A stretch of DNA of 38,640 nt, taken from Spirochaetota bacterium (GTDB lineage: Bacteria; Spirochaetota; UBA4802; UBA5550). Under the pieces are notes generated by a model. It was not told the origin of the DNA and made no database searches. It worked only from the letters and a program-made list of their open reading frames with translations. Location: NCBI GenBank assembly GCA_045600925.1, contig JAZRYV010000097.1:1-38640 (forward strand). Reading direction: 5' to 3'. Both the position numbers and the translations under genes were made by a program. Shown in pieces: positions 7,792 to 17,784 of the stretch; positions within the stretch are counted from its first letter, which is position 1; the number at the start of each line of letters is the position of its first letter.

Positions 7792-7820
7792 TTGACATCA
7801 CATAAACAGCCATAATAAAT
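7792..7820 (+). promoter_or_regulatory. Candidate sigma70-type promoter for the EIIA-like gene and leuS
   Basis: There is a perfect TTGACA at 7792-7797. An A/T-rich -10 candidate (ATAAAT at 7815-7820) follows after a 17-nt spacer, about 30 nt upstream of the ATG at 7849. The -10 match is poor. Confidence 0.3.
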
Positions 7821-7848
7821 ACAACAAAATCTGTCCCGGGGGTCTTTC

Positions 7849-8304
7849 ATGTCTCCAGTAGTAACATATACCAGCGAAAAATTTATAAAAAAACTCGAAG
7901 CAGCTGATAAATTTTCGGCTCTCGAAGAGCTGGCAGGCGTTTTTAAAGATACAGACGTCTGTTCAGATGTCAATACTCTTATAAAGGCCATCAAGGAAAG
8001 AGAAGAAATCATGAGTACAGGAATCGGAATGGGCATAGCGATTCCTCATGCGAAAGTAAATGCTGTCCAGGAAATGGCTTTTGCCATAGGCATTTCAAAA
8101 AGAGGAATCAACTTTGATTCCCTTGACGGAAATCCTACAAAACTTGTAATTCTGGTGGCAGCAGGGGAAAAACAGCATAAGGATTATCTTCGCCTGCTTT
8201 CCAATATCATGGCCATTCTGAAAAACGAGAAGACCAGAAATACGCTTATAGATGCCGACTCACCGGCCACAATAATGAAAATTCTTAAATCAGAGGAGAA
8301 CTGA
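7849..8304 (+). CDS. Stand-alone PTS EIIA domain protein (fructose/mannitol/Ntr class, PtsN-like)
   Basis: 151 aa. [13 protein letters not shown] carries the phosphorylatable His motif of the EIIA-2 family. The downstream [22 protein letters not shown] is typical of the family. No EIIB or EIIC domains are present in the window. Confidence 0.72.
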   Translation: MSPVVTYTSEKFIKKLEAADKFSALEELAGVFKDTDVCSDVNTLIKAIKEREEIMSTGIGMGIAIPHAKVNAVQEMAFAIGISKRGINFDSLDGNPTKLVILVAAGEKQHKDYLRLLSNIMAILKNEKTRNTLIDADSPATIMKILKSEEN

Positions 8305-8309
8305 TTCCA

Positions 8310-10772
8310 ATGGAAGAAAGAGAATATAATTTTTCCGATATAGAAGTCAAATGGCAGAAAAGATGGGCAGACAGAGAACTTTTCAAAGCCATATATGACC
8401 CTTCAAAGAAAAAATACTATGTGCTGGAAATGTTTCCGTATCCATCAGGTCGTCTGCACATGGGACATGTCCGCAACTACACAATCGGAGATATAATTGC
8501 CCGTTTCAAAAAAATGAAAGGCTTCAATGTCCTGCACCCTATAGGATGGGACTCCTTCGGACTTCCTGCAGAAAACGCTGCAATCAAGAACAACATTCCT
8601 CCCCAGAAATGGACAGCAGAAAACATTGCTTCCATGAAAAAGCAGCTCAAAAGGATGGGCTTCAGTTATGACTGGGACAGGGAAGTAACCACATACAAAC
8701 CTGATTATTACAGATGGAATCAGTGGGTTTTCCTTAAACTCTATGAAAAAGGTCTTGTTTACAGGAAAAAATCCCCTGTAAACTGGTGTCCATCCTGCCA
8801 GACTGTTCTTGCCAATGAACAGGCAGAGAACGGTGTATGCTGGAGATGCAGTTCCCAGGTCGTTCAAAAAGATCTGTCCCAGTGGTTCTTTAAAATTACA
8901 GCCTATGCAGACCGCCTGCTGAAAGGACATGAGGAGCTCAGAAACAGCTGGCCGGAACAGGTTCTTACCATGCAGAAGAACTGGATCGGCCGCTCCACAG
9001 GACTCCAGATGAACTTTAAACTGGAAAACGGTGAAAACTTCCCAATCTTCACTACAAGACCAGATACTGTTTTCGGCGTAACTTTCATGGTTGCAGCACC
9101 GGAACATCCTGTTTTTGAAAATGTAAAGGATCCAGCTGTAAAAGAATTCATTGAAAAAATGAAAAATCAGCCCATGGCCGAACGTACAGCCGAAGACAGG
9201 GAAAAGGAAGGAATCGATTCAGGCATAAAAGTCGTTAACCCTTTTACAGGCGACAAAGTGCCTCTGTATGCAGGAAATTTCGTTCTCATGGAGTACGGTA
9301 CAGGTGCAATCATGGCTGTACCGGCTCACGATACAAGAGACTTTGCCTTTGCAAAAAAATACAGCATTCCGATAAAGGTCGTTATAGACAATCCGGGACA
9401 GCCTCTTGCAGCCGACTCTATGACAGAAGCCTATACAGAACCAGGAGTCCTTGTAAACTCAGGAAACTTCTCCGGTCTTAAAAACGGTGATGCCAAGGAA
9501 AAAATTGCTGAATATGCAGAACAGCAGGGCATAGGAAGAAAAACTGTTAACTTCCGTATCCGTGACTGGGGCATATCCAGACAGAGATACTGGGGCTGTC
9601 CGATACCAATGATCCACTGCGACCACTGCGGCGATGTACCTGTACCGGAAAAGGATCTGCCTGTAATTCTTCCTTCTGATGTTGAATTTAACGGAGACTC
9701 CAGATCCCCCCTTGGTTCCATGCCGGAATTTCTTAATGTAAAATGTCCGAAATGCGGTGCTCCTGCAAAACGTGAAACGGACACAATGGATACATTTGTG
9801 GATTCATCCTGGTACTATGCAAAATATACATCTCCTGAAACAAAGGACATGATAGACAAAACTCAGGCCGACTACTGGATGCCTGTTGACCAGTACATAG
9901 GAGGAATAGAACATGCAGTCCTTCATCTTCTCTATGCCAGATTCTTCTCCATGGCACTGAAGGATCTGGGGCTCCTCCGTGACAGTGAACCTTTTACAAA
10001 ATTGCTCACACAGGGAATGGTTCTCAAAGACGGCAGCAAAATGAGCAAATCCGTAGGAAACATTGTGGATCCGGATGAAATCATTGCAAAATACGGTGCA
10101 GATACTGTCCGTCTTTTCATCCTTTTCGCAGCGCCTCCGGCAAAGGATCTTGACTGGTCTGACAAGGGAGTTGAAGGAAGCTACAGATTCCTCACCAGAA
10201 TCTGGCGTTTCGTCAACAAATATTCAGGTCTGTATTCAGCTGACTGCATAACAGCTGATGTATCCGATAAAATGAAGAAAATCCGCACTGAGCTTCACCG
10301 GACAGTAAAAATCGTATCATCCGACATAGAAGACAGAATGCAGTATAATACAGCTATCGCCAGAATGATGGAACTTATGAACACTATCAATCAGGTTCCG
10401 GAAGAAGACTGGAATACGCCTGACGGAACTTCCGTGCTTTCCGAAATTTTCAGCAAGTTCATACCTCTGCTGTTCCCCTTTGTTCCCCATATCGCCGAGG
10501 AGCTTTGGGAAATCCTTGGACACAAGGAATCCCTTGGAACCGTTCCATGGCCTGAATTTGATGAAGATCTCAGCAGACGAGATGAAGCCGAAATTGTTTT
10601 TCAGGTCAACGGAAAGATCAGGGCAAAAGTAAATGTTCCGGCAGACATCACAAAAGCAGATATGGAAAAACTTGCTCTGTCCAATGAAAAGATCAGGGAC
10701 ATGACGGAAGGAAAGGACATCGTTAAAATCATTTCCGTTCCCGGAAAACTTGTAAACATTGTAGTAAAATAA
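8310..10772 (+). CDS. leuS: Leucyl-tRNA synthetase
   Basis: 820 aa with class I signatures HMGH ([15 protein letters not shown]) and KMSKS ([10 protein letters not shown]). It has a CP1 editing insert and CxxC pairs (CPSCQ..CWRC and CDHC..CPKC). The ATG lies 5 nt after the upstream stop. Confidence 0.97.
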   Translation: MEEREYNFSDIEVKWQKRWADRELFKAIYDPSKKKYYVLEMFPYPSGRLHMGHVRNYTIGDIIARFKKMKGFNVLHPIGWDSFGLPAENAAIKNNIPPQKWTAENIASMKKQLKRMGFSYDWDREVTTYKPDYYRWNQWVFLKLYEKGLVYRKKSPVNWCPSCQTVLANEQAENGVCWRCSSQVVQKDLSQWFFKITAYADRLLKGHEELRNSWPEQVLTMQKNWIGRSTGLQMNFKLENGENFPIFTTRPDTVFGVTFMVAAPEHPVFENVKDPAVKEFIEKMKNQPMAERTAEDREKEGIDSGIKVVNPFTGDKVPLYAGNFVLMEYGTGAIMAVPAHDTRDFAFAKKYSIPIKVVIDNPGQPLAADSMTEAYTEPGVLVNSGNFSGLKNGDAKEKIAEYAEQQGIGRKTVNFRIRDWGISRQRYWGCPIPMIHCDHCGDVPVPEKDLPVILPSDVEFNGDSRSPLGSMPEFLNVKCPKCGAPAKRETDTMDTFVDSSWYYAKYTSPETKDMIDKTQADYWMPVDQYIGGIEHAVLHLLYARFFSMALKDLGLLRDSEPFTKLLTQGMVLKDGSKMSKSVGNIVDPDEIIAKYGADTVRLFILFAAPPAKDLDWSDKGVEGSYRFLTRIWRFVNKYSGLYSADCITADVSDKMKKIRTELHRTVKIVSSDIEDRMQYNTAIARMMELMNTINQVPEEDWNTPDGTSVLSEIFSKFIPLLFPFVPHIAEELWEILGHKESLGTVPWPEFDEDLSRRDEAEIVFQVNGKIRAKVNVPADITKADMEKLALSNEKIRDMTEGKDIVKIISVPGKLVNIVVK

Positions 10773-10790
10773 ACAAAAAACAAACCAAAT

Positions 10791-10821
10791 AAAAAGGCTG
10801 TCATTTACTGACAGCCTTTTT
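10791..10821 (+). terminator. Rho-independent terminator after leuS (bidirectional geometry)
   Basis: aaaaaggctgtca/tttac/tgacagccttttt forms a 13-bp perfect stem including the A/T flanks, with a 5-nt loop. It begins 19 nt after the leuS stop. Confidence 0.8.
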
Positions 10822-10851
10822 ATTTTAAACAAAACAGGCATACTGTAAAAT

Positions 10852-10881
10852 AAAAAAGCCTGCTTAAAAGCAGGCTTTTTT
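10852..10881 (-). terminator. Rho-independent terminator after rplQ, the end of the ribosomal supercluster
   Basis: aaaaaagcctgct/taaa/agcaggctttttt forms a 13-bp perfect stem with a 4-nt loop. It begins 20 nt downstream of the rplQ stop on the minus strand and is followed by a U-run. Confidence 0.8.
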
Positions 10882-10901
10882 ATAAATAACTGTTCTCCAG
10901 A

Positions 10902-11333
10902 TTACTTATCAGCTTTTTTGTCAGCTTTCTTCTGTCCTGCAGGAGCAGGTCTGTCAAGAAGCTCAACAATTGCCATTTCTGCATTGTCTCCGGCTCTTGT
11001 ATCAAGAAGATACATTCTTGTATAACCGCCCTTTCTGTCTTTAAATCTTGGTGCAAGCTCATCAAAAAGCTTTTTAACTACATCAAGATTCTTTATTGAA
11101 CGCATAATCTCTCTTTTATTGTGAAGCTTAGCCATTTCAGCTTCAGCAGGAAGAGCAAGATTTCTTTTTGCACGTGTAATCATCCGTTCAGAAATCTGTT
11201 TTAATACTTTTCCTTTCTGTTTTGTAGTTACAATCCTTTCATGTTCAAACAAAGAAGTAACCATATTATCAAACATTGCAGATCTGTGGCTGGATGTTTT
11301 ACCAAGCTGCTTAACACTGTTTCTATTTCTCAT
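10902..11333 (-). CDS. rplQ: 50S ribosomal protein bL17
   Basis: 143 aa. MRNRNSVKQLGKTSSHRSAMFDNM matches the L17 N-terminal signature. It is the last gene after rpoA and has a Lys-rich C-terminal tail. Confidence 0.96.
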   Translation of the reverse strand: MRNRNSVKQLGKTSSHRSAMFDNMVTSLFEHERIVTTKQKGKVLKQISERMITRAKRNLALPAEAEMAKLHNKREIMRSIKNLDVVKKLFDELAPRFKDRKGGYTRMYLLDTRAGDNAEMAIVELLDRPAPAGQKKADKKADK

Positions 11334-11348
11334 AGTTTAAAACCTCTT

Positions 11349-12305
11349 TTAGTCTTTTATACCCAGGGAATAACCTAATTTCTCCAGTGTAGCCTTGATC
11401 TCCTTAAGTACTGCTTCACTGTAATGTTTTGATTTTTTCAGCTCATCTTCAGTTTTATTAATCAACTGTTTTACAATAGACACATCCAGCGTTCTAAGAG
11501 TGTTATATGTACGAACAGAAAAATCCATTTCATCTATAGACTTATCAAGAACAGGATCAACTGGAGGTTCTACTGCAGCAGCAACTTCCTCCGGCTTTTC
11601 TTCAAAGTTAATGAAGATAGTCATATGATCCTTAATAATCTTTGCAGCATGGGCCAGAGCATCATCAGGTGCAATGGAACCGTCTGTCCAAATATCAAGA
11701 ATCAGTTTATCATAGTCAGTCCTCTGACCGACTCTGGTATTTTCTATCTTAACATTTACTTTCTTAACAGGTGAAAAAATTGCATCAATAGGAATAACAC
11801 CAATCGTTTCAGTGTTGCTCTTATTCATTTCAGCAGGAATATATCCTCTGCCCTGCTCAACCTGTACTTCCATATCTATGGCAGCAGATGCATTAAGATT
11901 ACAGATAACAAGATCCTTATTCATTACTTCAACATCAGAATCAAGGTCAAAATCTGCACCTGTCAATGTTCCCGGACCATTCTTTACTATATGAAGTACT
12001 TTAGGATACTCTCCTTCATACTTAAAGCAAAGTTTTTTAAGATTCAGGATAATTTTTGTTACATCTTCATATACGCCTTCAATTGTTGAGAATTCATGCT
12101 GAACACCTTCTATTTTTATAGCAGTTATTGCAGCACCTTCAATTGAAGATAAAAGCACACGTCTGAGAGAGTTTCCTATAGTAAGACCATAACCCTTTTC
12201 AAAAGGTTCTGCTATAAATCTTCCATAGAAAGGATTCAGTTCGTCATGCTCAAATTCAATTTTTCCAGGTCGTTTAAAGCCCTTCAAAAGGGATTTTGGG
12301 GCCAT
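11349..12305 (-). CDS. rpoA: DNA-directed RNA polymerase alpha subunit
   Basis: The track start at 12320 is a TTG. I trimmed to the ATG at 12303-12305 because GGAGG (complement of 12311-12315) sits 5 nt upstream. This gives MAPKSLLKGFKRPGKIEFEH. The protein has the NTD dimerisation fold and a CTD (DEMDFSVRTYNTLR, helix-hairpin-helix). Confidence 0.95.
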   Translation of the reverse strand: MAPKSLLKGFKRPGKIEFEHDELNPFYGRFIAEPFEKGYGLTIGNSLRRVLLSSIEGAAITAIKIEGVQHEFSTIEGVYEDVTKIILNLKKLCFKYEGEYPKVLHIVKNGPGTLTGADFDLDSDVEVMNKDLVICNLNASAAIDMEVQVEQGRGYIPAEMNKSNTETIGVIPIDAIFSPVKKVNVKIENTRVGQRTDYDKLILDIWTDGSIAPDDALAHAAKIIKDHMTIFINFEEKPEEVAAAVEPPVDPVLDKSIDEMDFSVRTYNTLRTLDVSIVKQLINKTEDELKKSKHYSEAVLKEIKATLEKLGYSLGIKD

Positions 12306-12364
12306 TCTTACCTCCGTCAAAAATAAAACGAAAACCTTGAATAATCTGAATTTCTGTTAAAGAA

Positions 12365-12389
12365 GGGGCTGCAAAGGCTTTACAGCCCC
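12365..12389 (-). terminator. GC-rich stem-loop in the rpsD-rpoA spacer (possible internal attenuator)
   Basis: The minus-strand RNA GGGGCUGUAAAG-CC-UUUGCAGCCCC can form 11 bp including one G-U pair, with a 3-nt loop. It is followed by UUCUUUAAC. It lies in a 107-nt gap that is otherwise A/T-rich. Confidence 0.5.
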
Positions 12390-12412
12390 AAAAGAAACAA
12401 ACAGAAACAAAA

Positions 12413-13045
12413 CTATTTTGAGTATAATTCAACAACAAGCTGTTCATTGAATTCAGAAGAAACATCTGATCTCAACGGCAGTCTTACAATTTTTCCTGTC
12501 TTGTTTTCAAAATCAACTTCAACCCACTCAGGAACTGAATCTGTTGCTTTTGAAAGTTTAATTGCATCTTCAAGAAGAGGGTTGGACTTAAAATCTTCTC
12601 TGATTGCCACTGTCATACCATCTTTTACAAGGAAAGAAGGAATATCAACGGCTCTGTCATTTACAGAAACATGTCCGTGATTAACAATCTGTCTTGCCTG
12701 GCTGCGGGATGTTGCGAATCCCATACGGTAAATAACATTCTCAAGTCTTCTCTCAAGAAGAGAAAGCATGTTAGCACCTGTAACACCTTTCATTCTGTTA
12801 GCTTCATCAAAAGTCTTTACAAACTGCTTTTCAAGAAGTCCGTAACTGCGTTTAATTTTCTGTTTTTCACGAAGCATGACAGCATAGTCAGACATTTTTG
12901 CACGTCTCTTTTTAGGAGGTCCTGGAGGGTATTTTTTATCACCTTTAAGCGGACATTTATCTGTTAAACAACGCTGACCTTTTAACATAAGAGGCTGCAT
13001 TTCTCTTCTGCATAATTTACATACTGGTCCGGTATATCTTGCCAT
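12413..13045 (-). CDS. rpsD: 30S ribosomal protein uS4
   Basis: 210 aa. MARYTGPVCKLCRREMQPLMLKGQRCLTDKC is the S4 N-terminal zinc-finger form. An S4 RNA-binding domain is also present (RLENVIYRMGFATSRSQARQIVNHGHV). Confidence 0.97.
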   Translation of the reverse strand: MARYTGPVCKLCRREMQPLMLKGQRCLTDKCPLKGDKKYPPGPPKKRRAKMSDYAVMLREKQKIKRSYGLLEKQFVKTFDEANRMKGVTGANMLSLLERRLENVIYRMGFATSRSQARQIVNHGHVSVNDRAVDIPSFLVKDGMTVAIREDFKSNPLLEDAIKLSKATDSVPEWVEVDFENKTGKIVRLPLRSDVSSEFNEQLVVELYSK

Positions 13046-13059
13046 TTTCTATTGCTCCA

Positions 13060-13446
13060 TCAAACTCTTCTGCGTTTTTTCGGGCGACATCCATTATGTG
13101 GAACCGGGGTAACGTCTTTAATTTTTGTAACATTTATTCCTGACTGGAATAAAGATCTGATAGCAGCTTCGCGGCCAATACCAGGTCCTTTTACATAAAC
13201 TTCAACACTCTTAAGTCCTGCTACATCAATTGCCTTTGTTGCTGCAGTCTTTGCTGCCATCTGAGCTGCAAAGGGGGTAGATTTTCTTGATCCCTTAAAA
13301 CCTTCACCGCCTGCAGTTGCCCATGATACAACATTTCCCTGCATGTCTGTCAGGCTGATGATTGTATTATTATATGTAGCTCTGATAAAAGCCTTTCCTA
13401 TTGGAACATTCTTTTTATCTTTCTTATGAACTCTTTTCTGTTTCAC
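13060..13446 (-). CDS. rpsK: 30S ribosomal protein uS11
   Basis: 128 aa. The start codon is GTG (complement of cac at 13444-13446) with an AGGAG SD 9 nt upstream. [18 protein letters not shown] and [13 protein letters not shown] are classic S11 motifs. Confidence 0.96.
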   Translation of the reverse strand: MKQKRVHKKDKKNVPIGKAFIRATYNNTIISLTDMQGNVVSWATAGGEGFKGSRKSTPFAAQMAAKTAATKAIDVAGLKSVEVYVKGPGIGREAAIRSLFQSGINVTKIKDVTPVPHNGCRPKKRRRV

Positions 13447-13458
13447 AGCTGATAGCTC

Positions 13459-13830
13459 CTATTTCTTTTTCTTTCCAGCAGCAATATGTCTGTTACCCTT
13501 TCTTGTACGGGCATTATTCTTGGTGTTCTGTCCTCTGACAGGCAGGCCTCTTCTATGCCTTATACCGCGGTAACAACCGTTATCCATCAGTCTTTTAATA
13601 TTAAGATTAATTTCACTTCTCAGATCACCTTCAACCTTTAATGTGCTGTCGATAATCTTTCTCAGTTCATTAACTTCATCATCAGTAAGATCTTTTACTC
13701 TTTTCTCAGGATCAACCTTAGAATCGGCTACTACTTTTTTTGAGGTTGTCGGACCAATTCCATAAATATATGTCAGAGCAACTTCTATCTTTTTGTTATT
13801 AGGTAAATCAACACCTGAAATACGTGCCAT
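13459..13830 (-). CDS. rpsM: 30S ribosomal protein uS13
   Basis: 123 aa. [26 protein letters not shown] and [27 protein letters not shown] are S13 signatures. Confidence 0.97.
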   Translation of the reverse strand: MARISGVDLPNNKKIEVALTYIYGIGPTTSKKVVADSKVDPEKRVKDLTDDEVNELRKIIDSTLKVEGDLRSEINLNIKRLMDNGCYRGIRHRRGLPVRGQNTKNNARTRKGNRHIAAGKKKK

Positions 13831-13844
13831 AATTCCTCTTCACC

Positions 13845-13979
13845 CTAGTGTTTTTTTAATGTTCTGATTTTCTGTCTCTGTTTATGTCTGGGATTTGAGC
13901 AGATAACACGCAATACCCCGTGACGCTTTATTATTTTGCATTCACTGCAAATCTTCTTAACTGAAACTCGAACCTTCAT
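13845..13979 (-). CDS. rpmJ: 50S ribosomal protein bL36 (44 aa, zinc-binding form, C-terminally extended)
   Basis: This gene is not in the ORF track (under 60 aa) and I translated it by hand as [44 protein letters not shown], ending at TAG. The ATG is the complement of 13977-13979 and the stop is the complement of 13845-13847. A GAGG SD lies upstream. The C-x2-C-x12-C-x4-H zinc motif is present. Confidence 0.9.
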   Translation of the reverse strand: MKVRVSVKKICSECKIIKRHGVLRVICSNPRHKQRQKIRTLKKH

Positions 13980-14042
13980 TCTTCGTATACCTCAAAATTC
14001 TGACCCAGGCAAAACACAGGAGTCAGTTTTCATTCATACAGA

Positions 14043-14261
14043 TCACTTAGATCTGTAAACAATCCGTCCACGGTTAAGATCGTAAGGAGACAGCTCAACC
14101 GTAACTTTATCACCGGATAAAATTCGGATATAATGCATACGCATTTTCCCGGAAATATGCGCAAGTACTATATGTCCGTTTTCCAGCTTTACTCTAAACA
14201 TCGCGTTGGGAAGAGGTTCAACAACTGTTCCCTCAACCTCAATTGGTTCCTCTTTTGCCAT
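14043..14261 (-). CDS. infA: Translation initiation factor IF-1
   Basis: 72 aa. The S1-like OB fold reads [63 protein letters not shown]. Confidence 0.97.
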   Translation of the reverse strand: MAKEEPIEVEGTVVEPLPNAMFRVKLENGHIVLAHISGKMRMHYIRILSGDKVTVELSPYDLNRGRIVYRSK

Positions 14262-14286
14262 TTAAACAGTTCAACTCCAAATATTA

Positions 14287-15621
14287 CTATCTGCGCCCCT
14301 GAATCCTTTTACTGGTAAAACCATCATAGTGCCGCATCAGAAGCTGAGATTCAATCTGCTTAAGTGTATCCAGAGTAACACCTACGATAATCAGCAGTGA
14401 AGTTCCTCCAAAAAGATATGCCATTTCAGGATCAACCTGTTCAGGCCATATCTTCAGAATAAAGTCCGGAACTATAGCAATCACAGCAAGGAATATAGAG
14501 CCAAATAATGTAATTCTGTTAAGAACATACATAATATATTCTGCTGTGTTCTGTCCAGGCCTTATACCAGGTATAAAACCACCGTATTTCTTCAGATTTT
14601 CAGCTATATCATTCGGGTTAAAACGGATAGCTGTATAAAAATAACAGAAGAAAATAATTAATCCGGCATAGATTACCACATAAGGTGTCTGTCCAGGTGA
14701 AAGCCAGTACTGAAATTTATTGAGAATTTCATACTGTCCTCCACCAAGCATGCCTATTATCTGTGACGGAAACATTAAAAGAGCCGAGGCAAAAATAATA
14801 GGAATAACTCCTGCAGCATTTACCCTCAAAGGAAGGTAAGAACTTGTCTGCTGAGCTATACCTCCAGCCGCCATTCTTTTGCCATATTGCAATGGAATCT
14901 TTCTTGCTCCCAATGTCAACAAAATTGATGCTGCAATTACTAAAATAAATAAACCTGCAAGAATAATACCGACAATCGGTTCTCCGGTATCACCTATCTT
15001 TTTAAGAGTCTGAGCGACAGCCTGAGGAGCTCTTACAACGATACCTGCCATGATAATCATGGAAATACCGTTTCCGATCCCCTTTTCTGTTATTCTTTCA
15101 CCAAGCCACATAAGTATCATTGTCCCGGTTGTTATAGATACAACTGACATTAAAACAAAAGCTATACCTGCACCATCAGGAACAACAGAAAGCCCTCCCT
15201 GAGTCTTCATGGACTGCATCCAGGAAGTAAGAGCAAAAGCCTGAATAGCACAGAGAATTACTGTCCCGTATTTAATATACTGGTTAAGTTTTTTCTGTCC
15301 TTCAGGCCCCTCCTTTGAAAGACTTTCCAGATATGGAAAAACAATCTTTAAAAGATCTATAATAATTGATGAAGAAATATAAGGCATTATACCAAGTGCA
15401 AAAACGGTAAAACGTTTTAAAGCCCCGCCTGAAAACAGGTCAAAGAAATCCATAAAACCTGAGGACTGTGCTTCAACAAAATAAGTTTTCAGTGCTTCAA
15501 CATTTATACCCGGAATAGGAATATGAGCCCCAATCCTGTAAACAACAAGAACAGCTATAGTAAAAAGAATCCTTTTACGTAAGTCAGGAATTCTGAAGAT
15601 GTTGGTAACAACATTTGCCAT
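14287..15621 (-). CDS. secY: Preprotein translocase subunit SecY
   Basis: 444 aa with about 10 TM helices. LGIMPYISSSIIIDLL and the position after rplO are diagnostic. Confidence 0.96.
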   Translation of the reverse strand: MANVVTNIFRIPDLRKRILFTIAVLVVYRIGAHIPIPGINVEALKTYFVEAQSSGFMDFFDLFSGGALKRFTVFALGIMPYISSSIIIDLLKIVFPYLESLSKEGPEGQKKLNQYIKYGTVILCAIQAFALTSWMQSMKTQGGLSVVPDGAGIAFVLMSVVSITTGTMILMWLGERITEKGIGNGISMIIMAGIVVRAPQAVAQTLKKIGDTGEPIVGIILAGLFILVIAASILLTLGARKIPLQYGKRMAAGGIAQQTSSYLPLRVNAAGVIPIIFASALLMFPSQIIGMLGGGQYEILNKFQYWLSPGQTPYVVIYAGLIIFFCYFYTAIRFNPNDIAENLKKYGGFIPGIRPGQNTAEYIMYVLNRITLFGSIFLAVIAIVPDFILKIWPEQVDPEMAYLFGGTSLLIIVGVTLDTLKQIESQLLMRHYDGFTSKRIQGRR

Positions 15622-15659
15622 TACTGAAACCTTTATAAAACTATTCTTTTATACAAATC

Positions 15660-16118
15660 TTATTCAGCTTTTGCTGATGATAATGCTCTGATCTCTGCAC
15701 TTCCGCCTGCTTTTTCTATTTTTTCCTTTGCAGGAGCTGAAAAAGCATCGGCAAATATCTTTACAGCTCTGGTTAAATCACCAGATGCAAGAATTTTTAT
15801 AAGCTTGTTCTGGTCATCAATTAAACCAGATTTTTCAAGAAGTGCCGCATCAACAGTATCTGCATTTAACTTCTCAATCTGTGAAAGATTTACTATCTGA
15901 TATTCATTTTTGAAAATATTATTGAATCCGCGTTTAGGGATTCTTCTGGCAAGTGGCATCTGTCCGCCCTCAAAACCAGGACGGAATTTTGTGCCAGAAC
16001 GGGCACCAGCTCCGTTCTGACCTCTTCCGGAAGTCTTTCCGTGTCCGCTGCTGTCACCACGACCTACACGTTTTCTGCTTTTTATAGATGCAGGTTTTTT
16101 CAACTGATACAGTTCCAT
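15660..16118 (-). CDS. rplO: 50S ribosomal protein uL15
   Basis: 152 aa. It has the Gly/Arg-rich N-terminus RKRVGRGDSSGHGKTSGRGQNGAGARSG typical of L15. Confidence 0.96.
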   Translation of the reverse strand: MELYQLKKPASIKSRKRVGRGDSSGHGKTSGRGQNGAGARSGTKFRPGFEGGQMPLARRIPKRGFNNIFKNEYQIVNLSQIEKLNADTVDAALLEKSGLIDDQNKLIKILASGDLTRAVKIFADAFSAPAKEKIEKAGGSAEIRALSSAKAE

Positions 16119-16135
16119 CTTTAAACACTCACTAT

Positions 16136-16318
16136 TTATTTAACTTCAGTAACTTCAACAAGATGCTGAACTCTTCTTATCATACCACGAACAACCGGTG
16201 TATCTTCGTGTTCACGGACACTTCCTATTCTTCTAAGACCAAGAGCCCAAAGGTTAGCCTTCTGATTTGGATTTTCTGTTATAGTACTACCTGTCTGTTT
16301 TACCAGTATCTTTGCCAT
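16136..16318 (-). CDS. rpmD: 50S ribosomal protein uL30
   Basis: Track ORF 16136-16405 overlaps rpsE, so I trimmed it to the ATG at 16316-16318. This gives MAKILVKQTGSTITENPNQKANLWALGLRRIGSVREHEDTPVVRGMIRRVQHLVEV (60 aa). Confidence 0.93.
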   Translation of the reverse strand: MAKILVKQTGSTITENPNQKANLWALGLRRIGSVREHEDTPVVRGMIRRVQHLVEVTEVK

Positions 16319-16328
16319 AGCTTTACCT

Positions 16329-16841
16329 TTATTCCCAGAGCTTGCCAACAGTAATATCACGAATTCTTGAAGCTTCTTCAAGATTACGGAGCTGTTTAAG
16401 ACCATCTATAGTGGCCTGTACGAGATTTATCGGATTTCTTGATCCGTGAGCCTTTGTCAGTACATCAGAAATGCCTGCTCTTTCCAGAACTGCTCTTACT
16501 GATGCACCGGCAATAATTCCGGTACCTGGAGCAGCGGGTTTAAGCATAACATATGCAGATTTATACCTTCCGATTACTTCATGTGGAATTGTAGTTTTTC
16601 TGAGATATACCTTATAAAGATGTTTCTTTGCATCTTCCTTGCTTTTATCAATACATTCCGGAACTTCATTGGCTTTTCCAAAACCAACACCTACATGTCC
16701 GGCTCCGTCACCTACAACAGCTAATGCATTAAAAGAAAATCTCCGTCCGCCTTTTACAACTTTAGCAACACGATTTATTGTTACTATCTTTTCTGTTAAT
16801 TCAATTCCTTCAGGATTGATTCTTTTTCTGACTATTTTCAT
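16329..16841 (-). CDS. rpsE: 30S ribosomal protein uS5
   Basis: 170 aa. [36 protein letters not shown] is the S5 dsRBD signature. Confidence 0.97.
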   Translation of the reverse strand: MKIVRKRINPEGIELTEKIVTINRVAKVVKGGRRFSFNALAVVGDGAGHVGVGFGKANEVPECIDKSKEDAKKHLYKVYLRKTTIPHEVIGRYKSAYVMLKPAAPGTGIIAGASVRAVLERAGISDVLTKAHGSRNPINLVQATIDGLKQLRNLEEASRIRDITVGKLWE

Positions 16842-16853
16842 AAAGCCTCTCCC

Positions 16854-17219
16854 TTAAAACTCCATACCACTTTCTCTGGCAGAATCTGCAAAAGCTTTAA
16901 TCTTGCCATGATAAAGATTCCCGTTTCTGTCAAAAACAACCTTCTTTAAGCCAAGAGAAAGAGCTTTTTCAGCAAAAAGTTTCCCAAGTGCTTTTGCAGC
17001 TTCTATATTTTTTTTGCTTTTAAGATCTTTAAAACTCTCGGATAATGTAGAAATTCCAAGAAGAGTCTTTCCTGTTTCATCATCTATCAGCTGAGCATAA
17101 AAACTTGTATTGCTCTTGGAAATACAAAGTCTGAGATGACCTTTCTGTGCACGGATTTTATTTTTAATACGAAATTTCCTTCTGAGAAGAGTATTCTTTC
17201 TGGCTGTATTTCTATCCAT
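16854..17219 (-). CDS. rplR: 50S ribosomal protein uL18
   Basis: 121 aa. LRLCISKSNTSFYAQLIDDETGKTL and FDRNGNLYHGKIKAFADSARESGMEF are L18 motifs. Confidence 0.96.
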   Translation of the reverse strand: MDRNTARKNTLLRRKFRIKNKIRAQKGHLRLCISKSNTSFYAQLIDDETGKTLLGISTLSESFKDLKSKKNIEAAKALGKLFAEKALSLGLKKVVFDRNGNLYHGKIKAFADSARESGMEF

Positions 17220-17221
17220 TT

Positions 17222-17758
17222 CTACTTACCTGTCTTTCCAGCTTTTTTCCTTACATTTTCGTCCTTATAACGAATACCCTTTCCCTTATATGGTTCAGGT
17301 GCTCTAAGCTCTCTGATATTTGCAGCAGTCTGACCAACAAGATGCTTGTTAACACCTTTAACCTTTATCTTTGTCGGTTCAAGTACCTGAAGAGTAATTC
17401 CTTCCGGGGCTTCAAATGTAATATTATGAGAATATCCCAGCTGGAATAAAATATCTTTTCCCTGCTGAGTAGCACGATAACCAACACCGATGATCTCTAA
17501 ATCCTTTTCAAATCCCTGTGTTGCTCCTAAAACCATATTATTAATCAAGGAGCGGAAAAGGCCCTGACATGCAACAGTATTTTTATCAGCAAATTTTGGT
17601 TTTACTAAAACTGCATTTCCTTCTTTGACCACTTCAACACAATCGAGAAATTCAACACGATCTTCGCCTAACGGTCCTTTTGCAGAGATTACATTCCCGG
17701 AAATGCTGACCTGGACATTATCCGGAACAATAATTGGCTTATTTCCTATTCTTGACAT
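17222..17758 (-). CDS. rplF: 50S ribosomal protein uL6
   Basis: 178 aa. MSRIGNKPIIVPDNVQVSISGNVISAKGPLG and PEPYKGKGIRYKDENVRKKAGK are L6 signatures. Confidence 0.97.
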   Translation of the reverse strand: MSRIGNKPIIVPDNVQVSISGNVISAKGPLGEDRVEFLDCVEVVKEGNAVLVKPKFADKNTVACQGLFRSLINNMVLGATQGFEKDLEIIGVGYRATQQGKDILFQLGYSHNITFEAPEGITLQVLEPTKIKVKGVNKHLVGQTAANIRELRAPEPYKGKGIRYKDENVRKKAGKTGK

Positions 17759-17784
17759 GATTACTCACTTCTGTCTTAGTATTT

